Shown piece by piece: positions 12,341-23,963 of a stretch of 64,000 nt of DNA. The stretch is taken from contig NC_134476.1 in the NCBI RefSeq assembly GCF_964194025.1, positions 20,026,001 through 20,090,000 on the forward strand, given 5' to 3'. This DNA is from Convolutriloba macropyga (Eukaryota). Under the pieces are notes generated by a model that saw nothing but the letters and a program-made list of their open reading frames with translations, searched no databases and was not told the origin of the DNA. Position numbers and translations under genes: made by a program. Numbering within the stretch: the first letter of the stretch is position 1; every line of letters begins with the position of its first letter.

Positions 12341-13093
12341 AAAGCAATAAGACCAAAACAACAAACCAGCATACTAGCTTAATCAACAAACTGCAAAAAA
12401 AACACAACGTTCTTCATCATATATGACAACATACTACATCGAAATCCGGAAAAGTAGACGGAGAAACGAACAGCAAAGTTTTGGGAGAGCGACGTTATTG
12501 AAAAACAAAACGGAACACGGACGATTGACGAGTGAAAGGACGAAAAGGACGCGTGCGAAACCATACTAAAACGAGCGACGTAACAAAAATCTCGGGATTC
12601 GATAACTTTTTTGTAGGCCGGAGGTTGTGAAATTTTTGACACCTTTTCTCTGTATTGAGTTTCACACCTTCTCTCAATTAACGAACCTTCGATTGAAAAT
12701 AATTATTTAGACGAATTTTTCAAAATTTTATGCCTTTGTTCATTTTTTTTTTAATTTAGGTCAATTTTTCTGCAAACCCGAGATTTCGGAACGTTAATGT
12801 AGTAAATTGAACGGTTTTATACTAGAAAGTATGGTTTATCAATATGCGGTTTTGATTTTTAAAGTTTTTTAGAATTGCGTTAAAATTGGCTAAATTTTTC
12901 AGAAAATTGAACACTTTAGCATAATGTTTTCTCTTTTTTCTCAATATCAGAGGTAATTTTTTGATATACGAACCGAAATGATCACTTTTTTACAAATTTT
13001 CGACAATTGTACCAAAAATTTTCAAAATCGATGTTTTTTTTTGTCTTAAAAATTATGATATGTATGGTTTGATGGTGACCGGTTATCTAAATA

Positions 13094-13315
13094 GCGGAAT
13101 TCTTAAGATATCCGCGTTGAAAATTGCGGAAATCCTAATATAAGATTTCCGCGTTGAAAATTGCGGAATTCCTAATATAAGATTTCCGCGTCGAAAATCA
13201 CGGAATTCTTAATTTAAGACTTCCGCGTTGAAAAACACGGAATTCTTAAGATTTCCGTGTCGAAAATCACGGAATTCCTAATTCAAGATTTCCGCGTAAA
13301 AAAACGGAATTCTTG
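13094..13315. repeat. Hairpin minisatellite, ~6.5 units of 32-37 bp (also 17047-17268 and 21000-21222)
   Basis: Units (G/A)CGGAA(T/A)TC-loop-GATTTCCG(C/T) joined by GT(T/C)GAAAA(T/A) linkers, for example GCGGAAATC CTAATATAA GATTTCCGC. Confidence 0.9.
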
Positions 13316-13421
13316 ATTTTTTTTTCTGATACCGTTAATTTTTTGATAACCCAATATGTTTGATAGAAAATTTAGGAAAATTAGGGGTAGGAGTTTGCCG
13401 TCTAAATTCAAAAAAGATACA

Positions 13422-13673
13422 TCAAATTTTGATATAAAAAGTTTCTGAGATATAAAGAGTTTCTGCCTTACAGTTTTTGCATGTCAGTAACCCTTCTGTC
13501 CTCCAATGTGAAGTTTTCCAAACAAAACAGCTCCAACACTTGCACCTCAACAATCCACCACAATTTGCGTATTCTTTGTCCTTACTGGAGGGTCAGATTC
13601 TGACTCTGTATTTGAGGCACTCCAATTTGCTCAAATGCTTCTCTAGTCTTTGCCTTTTTGCGTTTCGTTTCAT
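13422..13673 (-). pseudogene. Decayed accessory ORF with a C4 (GATA-like) zinc finger in the BEL leader
   Basis: MKRNAKRQRLEKHLSKLECLKYRVRI*PSSKDKEYANCGGLLRCKCWSCFVWKTSHWRTEGLLTCKNCKAETLY...; one internal stop at 13593-13595; CxxC-x15-CxxC. Confidence 0.45.
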
Positions 13674-13962
13674 TCGTGCGTCTGTTTGCTTCGCACAATC
13701 TCCTTAGCCTCCAGAAGCTTCCTCATAGTGTTATTCAAAATGAGGTTAACAGTTAGACCCTCGAAATAAATCGGCGTCGTCAATTTCGGAATAATTTGCT
13801 GATTTGAACGCCCATTTTTCGTTTAGTTCGCTGAGAGCGGCCATTGCCTTGGCAATGTAAGGTGGATGCGTAGGGCCATTTGAGAGGGTGCGGGTGCTTT
13901 TCTAGGTTTGCGGATGAGGATTGACTTTTGGAAACGGTGGCTCGTATGGAGCGGCTCCAAAA

Positions 13963-14456
13963 TGTAGCTAAAAATCTATTAAAACAACAGTCTACCGATA
14001 AGGTTTCAATTCAATATTTTTTCATATACAGCAACGTCTATACGAAGCAAAGGTTACAAAACAACGTCATAAGTTCGTTATTATAAAGCAACGTATAAGC
14101 TCATCGATGATAGCAACGAAATAAGACTGTGGCGAACATAGCAACAAGTGGTTTTTTAGACGGCAATTTTTGATGCTCTTTTAGCCGGTATTTTGTCTGA
14201 TAACGAATCAGTTCAGTGCCAGTCACCATTTTGTACCAATGCATCCAAAAACCCAAAAATTACTGAGCCGAATCATGTCTTATTTGATAGGTCTTATGAT
14301 TAGATTTACTTGAAGTTATGTTATTTGCACTTTTTCCGAGCTTTGTACGTAAATTGGAACGATTTCTAAGCGCATTTAAATACTCGATTCTGATTGGCTA
14401 AGAAAAATGACGCATTTTGATATATTACTCGCTTTAAAATTATTTACTTGTTAACA
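13963..14456 (-). repeat. BEL/Pao 5' LTR (copy 1)
   Basis: TG...CA ends; followed on the minus strand by TTTTGGAGCCG at the PBS position (tRNA not identified); flanked by ATCAT. Confidence 0.93.
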
Positions 14457-14901
14457 ATCATACACTTCGCCTTTCTGCAAGGTGGTGAAACAAAAAGTAC
14501 AGCTCGATTAGTGACTTAATACTTGACATACGCTAAACACTGGCTATCGGTCTGCAAGAGAGTTTGAGAATCGTTGTAATGAAGTGAGCAGTTTCTGTAA
14601 TCATTTTTCTCCTTGCCTGACAATACTTTTTTCCCCGAGAGACCCAGCAGAAATCTTTTCACTGATTCTCGCACAAACCCTTGATCAGGGCTCTATGCAG
14701 AAGGCATCGACACATGAACTACTTCTGGTCTATAGATACGGATCAAGACTTCTTCATTTTTAATTTAAGAGTATCAGCTAAGATTCTCAATAAAAAAGAT
14801 AAAATTGAATGCATCAAGAGGACAGACGAAGTTTGTAGAAACTTTTGAGAAGTGACTTTGTAGTAAAATACGACTATCTGTGTCTCTTTTCCCCGCAGTT
14901 T

Positions 14902-14940
14902 TCTCTCTCTCTCTCTCTCTCTCTCGCTCTCTTTCTCTCT
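14902..14940. repeat. (CT)n microsatellite (also near 18855 and 22809)
   Basis: Direct reading. Confidence 0.9.
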
Positions 14941-15043
14941 TTGATAAGAATTGTAGGTGATTATTTGGCGCAACAAATCAATTTATAAATAACGGATACA
15001 GTAGTCCCCAATTTGACTGGATTAATAGAGCTTGTCTTTTAAA

Positions 15044-15661
15044 ATGTCGAAGTGACATTTCTAGGAAGAAATTGTTTATCCGAAGACGCTTTAAAGTTTT
15101 TTTTAGCTCGACGGTTGACGTAAAAGTTGAAATCTAATTGATAAATTTAAAGCTGACAAAAATGCAAAAAAATTCTTACTCGCAAAGAACGACATTTCCG
15201 GACGCATCTTCAACTATTCACTATCCGGGACGGAAAACTTTATAAAAATGGGAACCAAGTATTGCACAGTGAAGACGCATACTCTTCACTACTTAAGATG
15301 CATCACGACGAAGGTCATCCTAACCGCGTGAAACTTGAGCGTCTGGCTCGTGGCAAGTACCACGTCGAACGATTACGTCCGATTTGTCAGCGAGTTGTGA
15401 CACAATGCCACGAGTGCCAACGTCGTATCGGGGTTCGTAAGACCGGACCTAAGGTTCACGTAAACAAGCGGCGGGTAGAACGACGGTGCAAGCAATTGGG
15501 GATACCTTCTAACGGTACCCACACGCTTTCTCCAGCTTTCAAAAATTGAGTTTTATAGCATATTGCACGTACTACGTTTAAATACGAGGATAATTAAGTA
15601 ACTGAATCGTTTCAGTTCCGAGTCCGTTGACGTCACCCAGTTCCGAATCGAGACTCTACGT
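15044..15661 (+). pseudogene. Truncated copy of the H2C2-OTU gene (also 18997-19614)
   Basis: Same H2C2 exon with an extra A in the A-run near 15166 (frameshift); cut at the duplication junction just before the OTU cysteine. Confidence 0.7.
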
Positions 15662-15768
15662 ACGAAACGGAAAGGCGTGAAAGAAAGGGCAGGGGACGAT
15701 AAAGCAGCGAGCGGGAACGTCGGGAGTACTATGCTAGCAGACCACATCAACAATCTCAACAAAACAAA

Positions 15769-16292
15769 CTAGGCGTAACTCCAGAACAAACTTAAGTCAC
15801 ACCCTAGGAAGGAGGAGAGATGCTACTGCAACAGACAAACTAGCACAAGCCGTTTTGGGGCTTAACATATGAAAATAACAATTTAATTTTCGGCGAAAAG
15901 AAGTATACTAAAAGGATGAAAAGAGCAAGAATTGTACTAGCCGTAACTCCAGAATAAACTTAAATCACACCCTAGCAATATTCAAACATAAACAACCGAT
16001 CAGCATACCAAAAATATTAAACAACCTACAGTATAAGTTAAGTAATATGCTGCGCTTCTGTGGTCTATGATGCTGGAAAAGTTAAGAAACAATCTAGCCG
16101 TAACTACAGTATAAATTTATGTCACACCGTAGAAGGCAAGAACACAAACCAACTAACAAGCATACAACTACACGCAAACATACAGCAGCAGAAATCAATA
16201 TACTACAACAGGGTTTCTAGTAAATTAGTAAGTTGGAAAAGTCCAGGAACCAACTAGCCGTAACTCTAGAACAAACTTAAGTCACACCCTAG
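15769..16292 (-). repeat. 39-bp repeat array (copy 2)
   Basis: Same four repeats inside the second tandem unit. Confidence 0.9.
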
Positions 16293-17915
16293 AAAGCAAT
16301 AAGACCAAAACAACAAACCAGCATACTAGCTTAATCAACAAAATGCAAAAAAAAACACAACGTTCTTCATCATATATGACAACATACTACATCGAAATCC
16401 GGAAAAGTAGACGGAGAAACGAACAGCAAAGTTTTGGGAGAGCGACGTTATTGAAAAACAAAACGGAACACGGACGATTGACGAGTGAAAGGACGAAAAG
16501 GACGCGTGCGAAACCATACTAAAACGAGCGACGTAACAAAAATCTCGGGATTCGATAACTTTTTTGTAGGCCGGAGGTTGTGAAATTTTTCACACCTTTT
16601 CTCTGTATTGAGTTTCACACCTTCTCTCAATTAACGAACCTTCGATTGAAAATAATTATTTAGACGAATTTTTCAAAATTTTATGCCTTTGTTCATTTTT
16701 TTTTAAATTTAGGTCAATTTTTCTGCAAACCCGAGATTTCGCAACGTTAATGTAGTAAATTGAACGGTTTTATACTAGAAAGTATGGTTTATCAATATGC
16801 GGTTTTGATTTTTAAAGTTTTTTAGAATTGCGTTAAAATTGGCTAAATTTTTCAGAAAATTGAACACTTTAGCATAATGTTTTCTCTTTTTTCTCAATAT
16901 CAGAGGTAATTTTTTGATATACGAACCAAAATGATCACTTTTTTACAAATTTTCGACAATTGTACCAAAAATTTTCAAAATCGATGTTTTTTTTTGTCTT
17001 AAAAATTATGATATGTATGGTTTGATGGTGACCGGTTATCTAAATAGCAGAATTCTTAAGATTTCCGCGTTGAAAATTGCGGAAATCCTAATATAAGATT
17101 TCCGCGTTGAAAATTGCGGAATTCCTAATATAAGATTTCCGCGTCGAAAATCACGGAATTCTTAATTTAAGACTTCCGCGTTGAAAAACACGGAATTCTT
17201 AAGATTTCCGTGTCGAAAATCACGGAATTCCTAATTCAAGATTTCCGCGTAAAAAAACGGAATTCTTGATTTTTTTTTCTGATACCGTTAATTTTTTGAT
17301 AACCCAATATGTTTGATAGAAAATTTAGGAAAATTAGGGGTAGGAGTTTGCCGTCTAAATTCAAAAAAGATACATCAAATTTTGATATAAAAAGTTTCTG
17401 AGATATAAAGAGTTTCTGCCTTACAGTTTTTGCATGTCAGTAACCCTTCTGTCCTCCAATGTGAAGTTTTCCAAACAAAACAGCTCCAACACTTGCACCT
17501 CAACAATCCACCACAATTTGCGTATTCTTTGTCCTTACTGGAGGGTCAGATTCTGACTCTGTATTTGAGGCACTCCAATTTGCTCAAATGCTTCTCTAGT
17601 CTTTGCCTTTTTGCGTTTCGTTTCATTCGTGCGTCTGTTTGCTTCGCACAATCTCCTTAGCCTCCAGAAGCTTCCTCATAGTGTTATTCAAAATGAGGTT
17701 AACAGTTAGACCCTCGAAATAAATCGGCGTCGTCAATTTCGGAATAATTTGCTGATTTGAACGCCCATTTTTCGTTTAGTTCGCTGAGAGCGGCCATTGC
17801 CTTGGCAATGTAAGGTGGATGCGTAGGGCCATTTGAGAGGGTGCGGGTGCTTTTCTAGGTTTGCGGATGAGGATTGACTTTTGGAAACGGTGGCTCGTAT
17901 GGAGCGGCTCCAAAA

Positions 17916-18409
17916 TGTAGCTAAAAATCTATTAAAACAACAGTCTACCGATAAGGTTTCAATTCAATATTTTTTCATATACAGCAACGTCTATACGAAG
18001 CAAAGGTTACAAAACAACGTCATAAGTTCGTTATTATAAAGCAACGTATAAGCTCATCGATGATAGCAACGAAATAAGACTGTGGCGAACATAGCAACAA
18101 GTGGTTTTTTAGACGGCAATTTTTGATGCTCTTTTAGCCGGTATTTTGTCTGATAACGAATCAGTTCAGTGCCAGTCACCATTTTGTACCAATGCATCCA
18201 AAAACCCAAAAATTACTGAGCCGAATCATGTCTTATTTGATAGGTCTTATGATTAGATTTACTTGAAGTTATGTTATTTGCACTTTTTCCGAGCTTTGTA
18301 CGTAAATTGGAACGATTTCTAAGCGCATTTAAATACTCGATTCTGATTGGCTAAGAAAAATGACGCATTTTGATATATTACTCGCTTTAAAATTATTTAC
18401 TTGTTAACA
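17916..18409 (-). repeat. BEL/Pao 5' LTR (copy 2)
   Basis: Identical to 13963-14456 as far as read. Confidence 0.92.
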
Positions 18410-19721
18410 ATCATACACTTCGCCTTTCTGCAAGGTGGTGAAACAAAAAGTACAGCTCGATTAGTGACTTAATACTTGACATACGCTAAACACTGGCTAT
18501 CGGTCTGCAAGAGAGTTTGAGAATCGTTGTAATGAAGTGAGCAGTTTCTGTAATCATTTTTCTCCTTGCCTGACAATACTTTTTTCCCCGAGAGACCCAG
18601 CAGAAATCTTTTCACTGATTCTCGCACAAACCCTTGATCAGGGCTCTATGCAGAAGGCATCGACACATGAACTACTTCTGGTCTATAGATACGGATCAAG
18701 ACTTCTTCATTTTTAATTTAAGAGTATCAGCTAAGATTCTCAATAAAAAAGATAAAATTGAATGCATCAAGAGGACAGACGAAGTTTGTAGAAACTTTTG
18801 AGAAGTGACTTTGTAGTAAAATACGACTATCTGTGTCTCTTTTCCCCGCAGTTTTCTCTCTCTCTCTCTCTCTCTCTCGCTCTCTTTCTCTCTTTGATAA
18901 GAATTGTAGGTGATTATTTGGCGCAACAAATCAATTTATAAATAACGGATACAGTAGTCCCCAATTTGACTGGATTAATAGAGCTTGTCTTTTAAAATGT
19001 CGAAGTGACATTTCTAGGAAGAAATTGTTTATCCGAAGACGCTTTAAAGTTTTTTTTAGCTCGACGGTTGACGTAAAAGTTGAAATCTAATTGATAAATT
19101 TAAAGCTGACAAAAATGCAAAAAAATTCTTACTCGCAAAGAACGACATTTCCGGACGCATCTTCAACTATTCACTATCCGGGACGGAAAACTTTATAAAA
19201 ATGGGAACCAAGTATTGCACAGTGAAGACGCATACTCTTCACTACTTAAGATGCATCACGACGAAGGTCATCCTAACCGCGTGAAACTTGAGCGTCTGGC
19301 TCGTGGCAAGTACCACGTCGAACGATTACGTCCGATTTGTCAGCGAGTTGTGACACAATGCCACGAGTGCCAACGTCGTATCGGGGTTCGTAAGACCGGA
19401 CCTAAGGTTCACGTAAACAAGCGGCGGGTAGAACGACGGTGCAAGCAATTGGGGATACCTTCTAACGGTACCCACACGCTTTCTCCAGCTTTCAAAAATT
19501 GAGTTTTATAGCATATTGCACGTACTACGTTTAAATACGAGGATAATTAAGTAACTGAATCGTTTCAGTTCCGAGTCCGTTGACGTCACCCAGTTCCGAA
19601 TCGAGACTCTACGTACGAAACGGAAAGGCGTGAAAGAAAGGGCAGGGGACGATAAAGCAGCGAGCGGGAACGTCGGGAGTACTATGCTAGCAGACCACAT
19701 CAACAATCTCAACAAAACAAA

Positions 19722-20245
19722 CTAGGCGTAACTCCAGAACAAACTTAAGTCACACCCTAGGAAGGAGGAGAGATGCTACTGCAACAGACAAACTAGCACA
19801 AGCCGTTTTGGGGCTTAACATATGAAAATAACAATTTAATTTTCGGCGAAAAGAAGTATACTAAAAGGATGAAAAGAGCAAGAATTGTACTAGCCGTAAC
19901 TCCAGAATAAACTTAAATCACACCCTAGCAATATTCAAACATAAACAACCGATCAGCATACCAAAAATATTAAACAACCTACAGTATAAGTTAAGTAATA
20001 TGCTGCGCTTCTGTGGTCTATGATGCTGGAAAAGTTAAGAAACAATCTAGCCGTAACTACAGTATAAATTTATGTCACACCGTAGAAGGCAAGAACACAA
20101 ACCAACTAACAAGCATACAACTACACGCAAACATACAGCAGCAGAAATCAATATACTACAACAGGGTTTCTAGTAAATTAGTAAGTTGGAAAAGTCCAGG
20201 AACCAACTAGCCGTAACTCTAGAACAAACTTAAGTCACACCCTAG
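19722..20245 (-). repeat. 39-bp repeat array (copy 3)
   Basis: Same four repeats inside the third tandem unit. Confidence 0.9.
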
Positions 20246-21869
20246 AAAGCAATAAGACCAAAACAACAAACCAGCATACTAGCTTAATCAACAAAATGCA
20301 AAAAAAAACACAACGTTCTTCATCATATATGACAACATACTACATCGAAATCCGGAAAAGTAGACGGAGAAACGAACAGCAAAGTTTTGGGAGAGCGACG
20401 TTATTGAAAAACAAAACGGAACACGGACGATTGACGAGTGAAAGGACGAAAAGGACGCGTGCGAAACCATACTAAAACGAGCGACGTAACAAAAATCTCG
20501 GGATTCGATAACTTTTTTGTAGGCCGGAGGTTGTGAAATTTTTCACACCTTTTCTCTGTATTGAGTTTCACACCTTCTCTCAATTAACGAACCTTCGATT
20601 GAAAATAATTATTTAGACGAATTTTTCAAAATTTTATGCCTTTGTTCATTTTTTTTTAAATTTAGGTCAATTTTTCTGCAAACCCGAGATTTCGCAACGT
20701 TAATGTAGTAAATTGAACGGTTTTATACTAGAAAGTATGGTTTATCAATATGCGGTTTTGATTTTTAAAGTTTTTTAGAATTGCGTTAAAATTGGCTAAA
20801 TTTTTCAGAAAATTGAACACTTTAGCATAATGTTTTCTCTTTTTTCTCAATATCAGAGGTAATTTTTTGATATACGAACCAAAATGATCACTTTTTTACA
20901 AATTTTCGACAATTGTACCAAAAATTTTCAAAATCGATGTTTTTTTTTGTCTTAAAAATTATGATATGTATGGTTTGATGGTGACCGGTTATCTAAATAG
21001 CAGAATTCTTAAGATTTCCGCGTTGAAAATTGCGGAAATCCTAATATAAGATTTCCGCGTTGAAAATTGCGGAATTCCTAATATAAGATTTCCGCGTCGA
21101 AAATCACGGAATTCTTAATTTAAGACTTTCGCGTTGAAAAACACGGAATTCTTAAGATTTCCGTGTCGAAAATCACGGAATTCTTAATTCAAGATTTCCG
21201 CGTAAAAAAAACGGAATTCTTGATTTTTTTTTCTGATACCGTTAATTTTTTGATAACCCAATATGTTTGATAGAAAATTTAGGAAAATTAGGGGTTGGAG
21301 TTTGCCGTCTAAATTCAAAAAAGATATATCAAATTTTGATATAAAAAGTTTCTGAGATATAAAGAGTTTCTGCCTTACAGTTTTTGCATGTCAGTAACCC
21401 TTCTGTCCTCCAATGTGAAGTTTTCCAAACAAAACAGCTCCAACACTTGCACCTCTACAATCCATCACAATTTGCGTATTCTTTGTCCTTACTGGAGGGT
21501 CAGATTCTGACTCTGTATTTGAGGCACTCCAATTTGCTCAAATGCTTCTCTAGTCTTTGCCTTTTTGCGTTTCGTTTCATTCGTGCGTCTGTTTGCTTCG
21601 CACAATCTCCTTAGCCTCCAGAAGCTTCCTCATAGTGTTATTCAAAATGAGGTTAACAGTTAGACTCTCGAAATAAATCGGCGTCGTCAATTTCGGAATA
21701 ATTTGCTGATTTGAACGCCCCTTTTTCGATTAGTTCGCTGAGAGCGGCCATTGCCTTGGCAATGTAAGGTGGATGCGTAGGGCCATTTGAGAGGGTGCGG
21801 GTGCTTTTCTAGGTTTGCGGATGAGGATTGACTTTTGGAAACGGTGGCTCGTATGGAGCGGCTCCAAAA

Positions 21870-22363
21870 TGTAGCTAAAAATCTATTAAAACAACAGTCT
21901 ACCGATAAGGTTTCAATTCAATATTTTTTCATATACAGCAACGTCTATACGAAGCAAAGGTTACAAAGCAACGTCATAAGTTCGTTATTATAAAGCAACG
22001 TATAAGCTCATCGATGATAGCAACGTAATAAGACTGTGGCGAACATAGCAACAAGTGGTTTTTTAGACGGCAATTTTTGATGCTCTTTTAGCCGGTATTT
22101 TGTCTGATAACGAATCAGTTCACTGCCAGTCACCATTTTGTACCAATGCATCCAAAAACCCAAAAATTACTGAGCCGAATCATGTCTTATTTGATAGGTC
22201 TTATGATTAGATTTACTTGAAGTTATGTTATTTGCACTTTTTCCGAGCTTTGTACGTAAATTGGAACGATTTCTAAGCGCATTTAAATACTCGATTCTGA
22301 TTGGCTAAGAAAAATGACGCATTTTGATATATTACTCGCTTTAAAATTATTTACTTGTTAACA
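21870..22363 (-). repeat. BEL/Pao 5' LTR (copy 3)
   Basis: Differs from copies 1 and 2 at a few sites; at two of them it shares the 3' LTR state. Confidence 0.92.
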
Positions 22364-22946
22364 ATCATACACTTCGCCTTTCTGCAAGGTGGTGAAACAA
22401 AAAGTACAGCTCGATTAGTGACTTAATACTTGACATACGCTAAACACTGGCTATCTGTCTGCAAGAGAGTTTGAGAATCGTTGTAATGAAGTGAGCAGTT
22501 TCTGTAATCATTTTTCTCCTTGCCTGACAATACTTTTTTCCCCGAGAGACCCAGCAGAAATCTTTTCACTGATTCTCGCACAAACCCTTGATCAGGGCTC
22601 TATGCAGAAGGCATCGACACATGAACTACTTCTGGTCTATAGATACGGATCAAGACTTCTTCATTTTTAATTTAAGAGTATCAGCTAAGATTCTCAATAA
22701 AAAAGATAAAATTGAATGCATCAAGAGGACAGACGAAGTTTGTAGAAACTTTTGAGAAGTGACTTTGTAGTAAAATACGACTATCTGTGTCTCTTTTCCC
22801 CGCAGTTTTCTCTCTCTCTCTCTCTCTCGCTCTCTTTCTCTCTTTGATAAGAATTGTAGGTGATTATTTGGCGCAACAAATCAATTTATAAATAACGGAT
22901 ACAGTAGTCCCCAATTTGACTGGATTAATAGAGCTTTTCTTTTAAA

Positions 22947-23963
22947 ATGTCGAAGTGACATTTCTAGGAAGAAATTGTTTATCCGAAGACGCTTTAAAGT
23001 TTTTTTTTAGCTCGACGGTTGACGTAAAAGTTGAAATCTAATTGATAAATTTAAAGCTGACAAAAATGCAAAAAATTCTTACTCGCAAAGAACGACATTT
23101 CCGGACGCAGCTTCAACTATTCACTATCCGGGACGGAAAACTTTATAAAAATGGGAACCAAGTATTGCACAGTGAAGACGCATACTCTTCACTACTTAAG
23201 ATGCATCACGACGAAGGTCATCCTAACCGCGTGAAACTTGAGCGTCTGGCTCGTGGCAAGTACCACGTCGAACGATTACGTCCGATTTGTCAGCGAGTTG
23301 TGACACAATGCCACGAGTGCCAACGTCGTATTGGGGTTCGTAAGACCGGACCTATGGTTCACGTAAACAAGCGGCGGGTAGAACGACGGTGCAAGCAATT
23401 GGGGATACCTTCTAACGGTACCCACACGCTTTCTCCAGATTTCAAAAATTGAGTATTATAGCATATTGCACGTACTACGTTTAAATACGAGGATAATTAA
23501 GTAACTGAATCGTTTCAGTTCCGAGTCCCTTGACGTCACCCAGTTCCGAATCGAGACTCTACGTACTGATCATCCTCGGTACAACTGCGTGTGCTCTGCT
23601 CTATCGGTAGTTCTAACGGGTGCCCGCACTTCTGGCGGAATTATCGAGGACTGGGTGAAACGCCTGCGGAAATCGGGACCGAACCGTTATTTGTTTGATC
23701 TTCCCGATGGGGATCGTTCGAGTGAATCGACCGAGGATGTTAGCGAGCTGAGTTCAACCGACCTACGGATGATTGCCCGGGCGCTCTCAGTTAATATTTA
23801 CGTGTTTATTAGTTCACCCGGACAATCAGAGGGTCATTGGGAATGTTACACGGGCAGGCACGCTGGCCCGTCGTTTCCCGCAATCTATCTTGCATTCTCG
23901 GTCACGGACAAAGGAACGGGTCATGTTAGCCCAGTACGGAATGTTGTCCCGAAACCGCAATAA
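22947..23963 (+). pseudogene. Three-exon gene: integrase-type H2C2 zinc-binding domain plus OTU-like cysteine protease, damaged
   Basis: FTIRDGKLY...MHHDEGHP...YHVERLRPICQRVVTQCHECQ (H2C2); YNCVCSALSVVLTG...LRMIARALSVNIYVF...WECY...AIYL...GHVSPV (OTU-like). Inferred introns 22955-23010 and 23449-23518 keep the frame; in-frame TAA at 23039; second donor reads TTGAGT. Confidence 0.68.

Larger units (their letters stand above)
6650..14456 (-). mobile_element. BEL/Pao LTR retrotransposon, internally deleted and non-autonomous
   Basis: Two ~493-bp direct repeats with TG...CA ends (6650-7142, 13963-14456); 5-bp TSD ATCAT (6645-6649, 14457-14461); minus-strand PPT GGGCCGGAGGA abutting the 3' LTR; Pao-type pol motifs. 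Confidence 0.95.
11710..23566. repeat. Tandem triplication, units starting at 11710, 15662 and 19615 (~3953 bp; BEL leader, 5' LTR and 1.2 kb of flank)
   Basis: ORF track repeats with a 3952-3954 offset; junction CTCTACGTAC|GAAACGG with a 2-bp AC microhomology between flank (TACGTAC TGAT) and leader (GCAAC GAAACGG). Confidence 0.97.

Noticed and set aside
13940-13962. Assignment of the PBS to a specific tRNA
   Set aside because: TGGAGCCG matches a tRNA-His-type PBS for only 7 of 8 nt and then diverges.
14457-14760. Decayed minus-strand exon interrupted by the BEL insertion (reads ...PPCRKAKCMMK|GTAATG across the TSD)
   Set aside because: About 100 codons with at least two stops and no recognisable domain; too weak to call.
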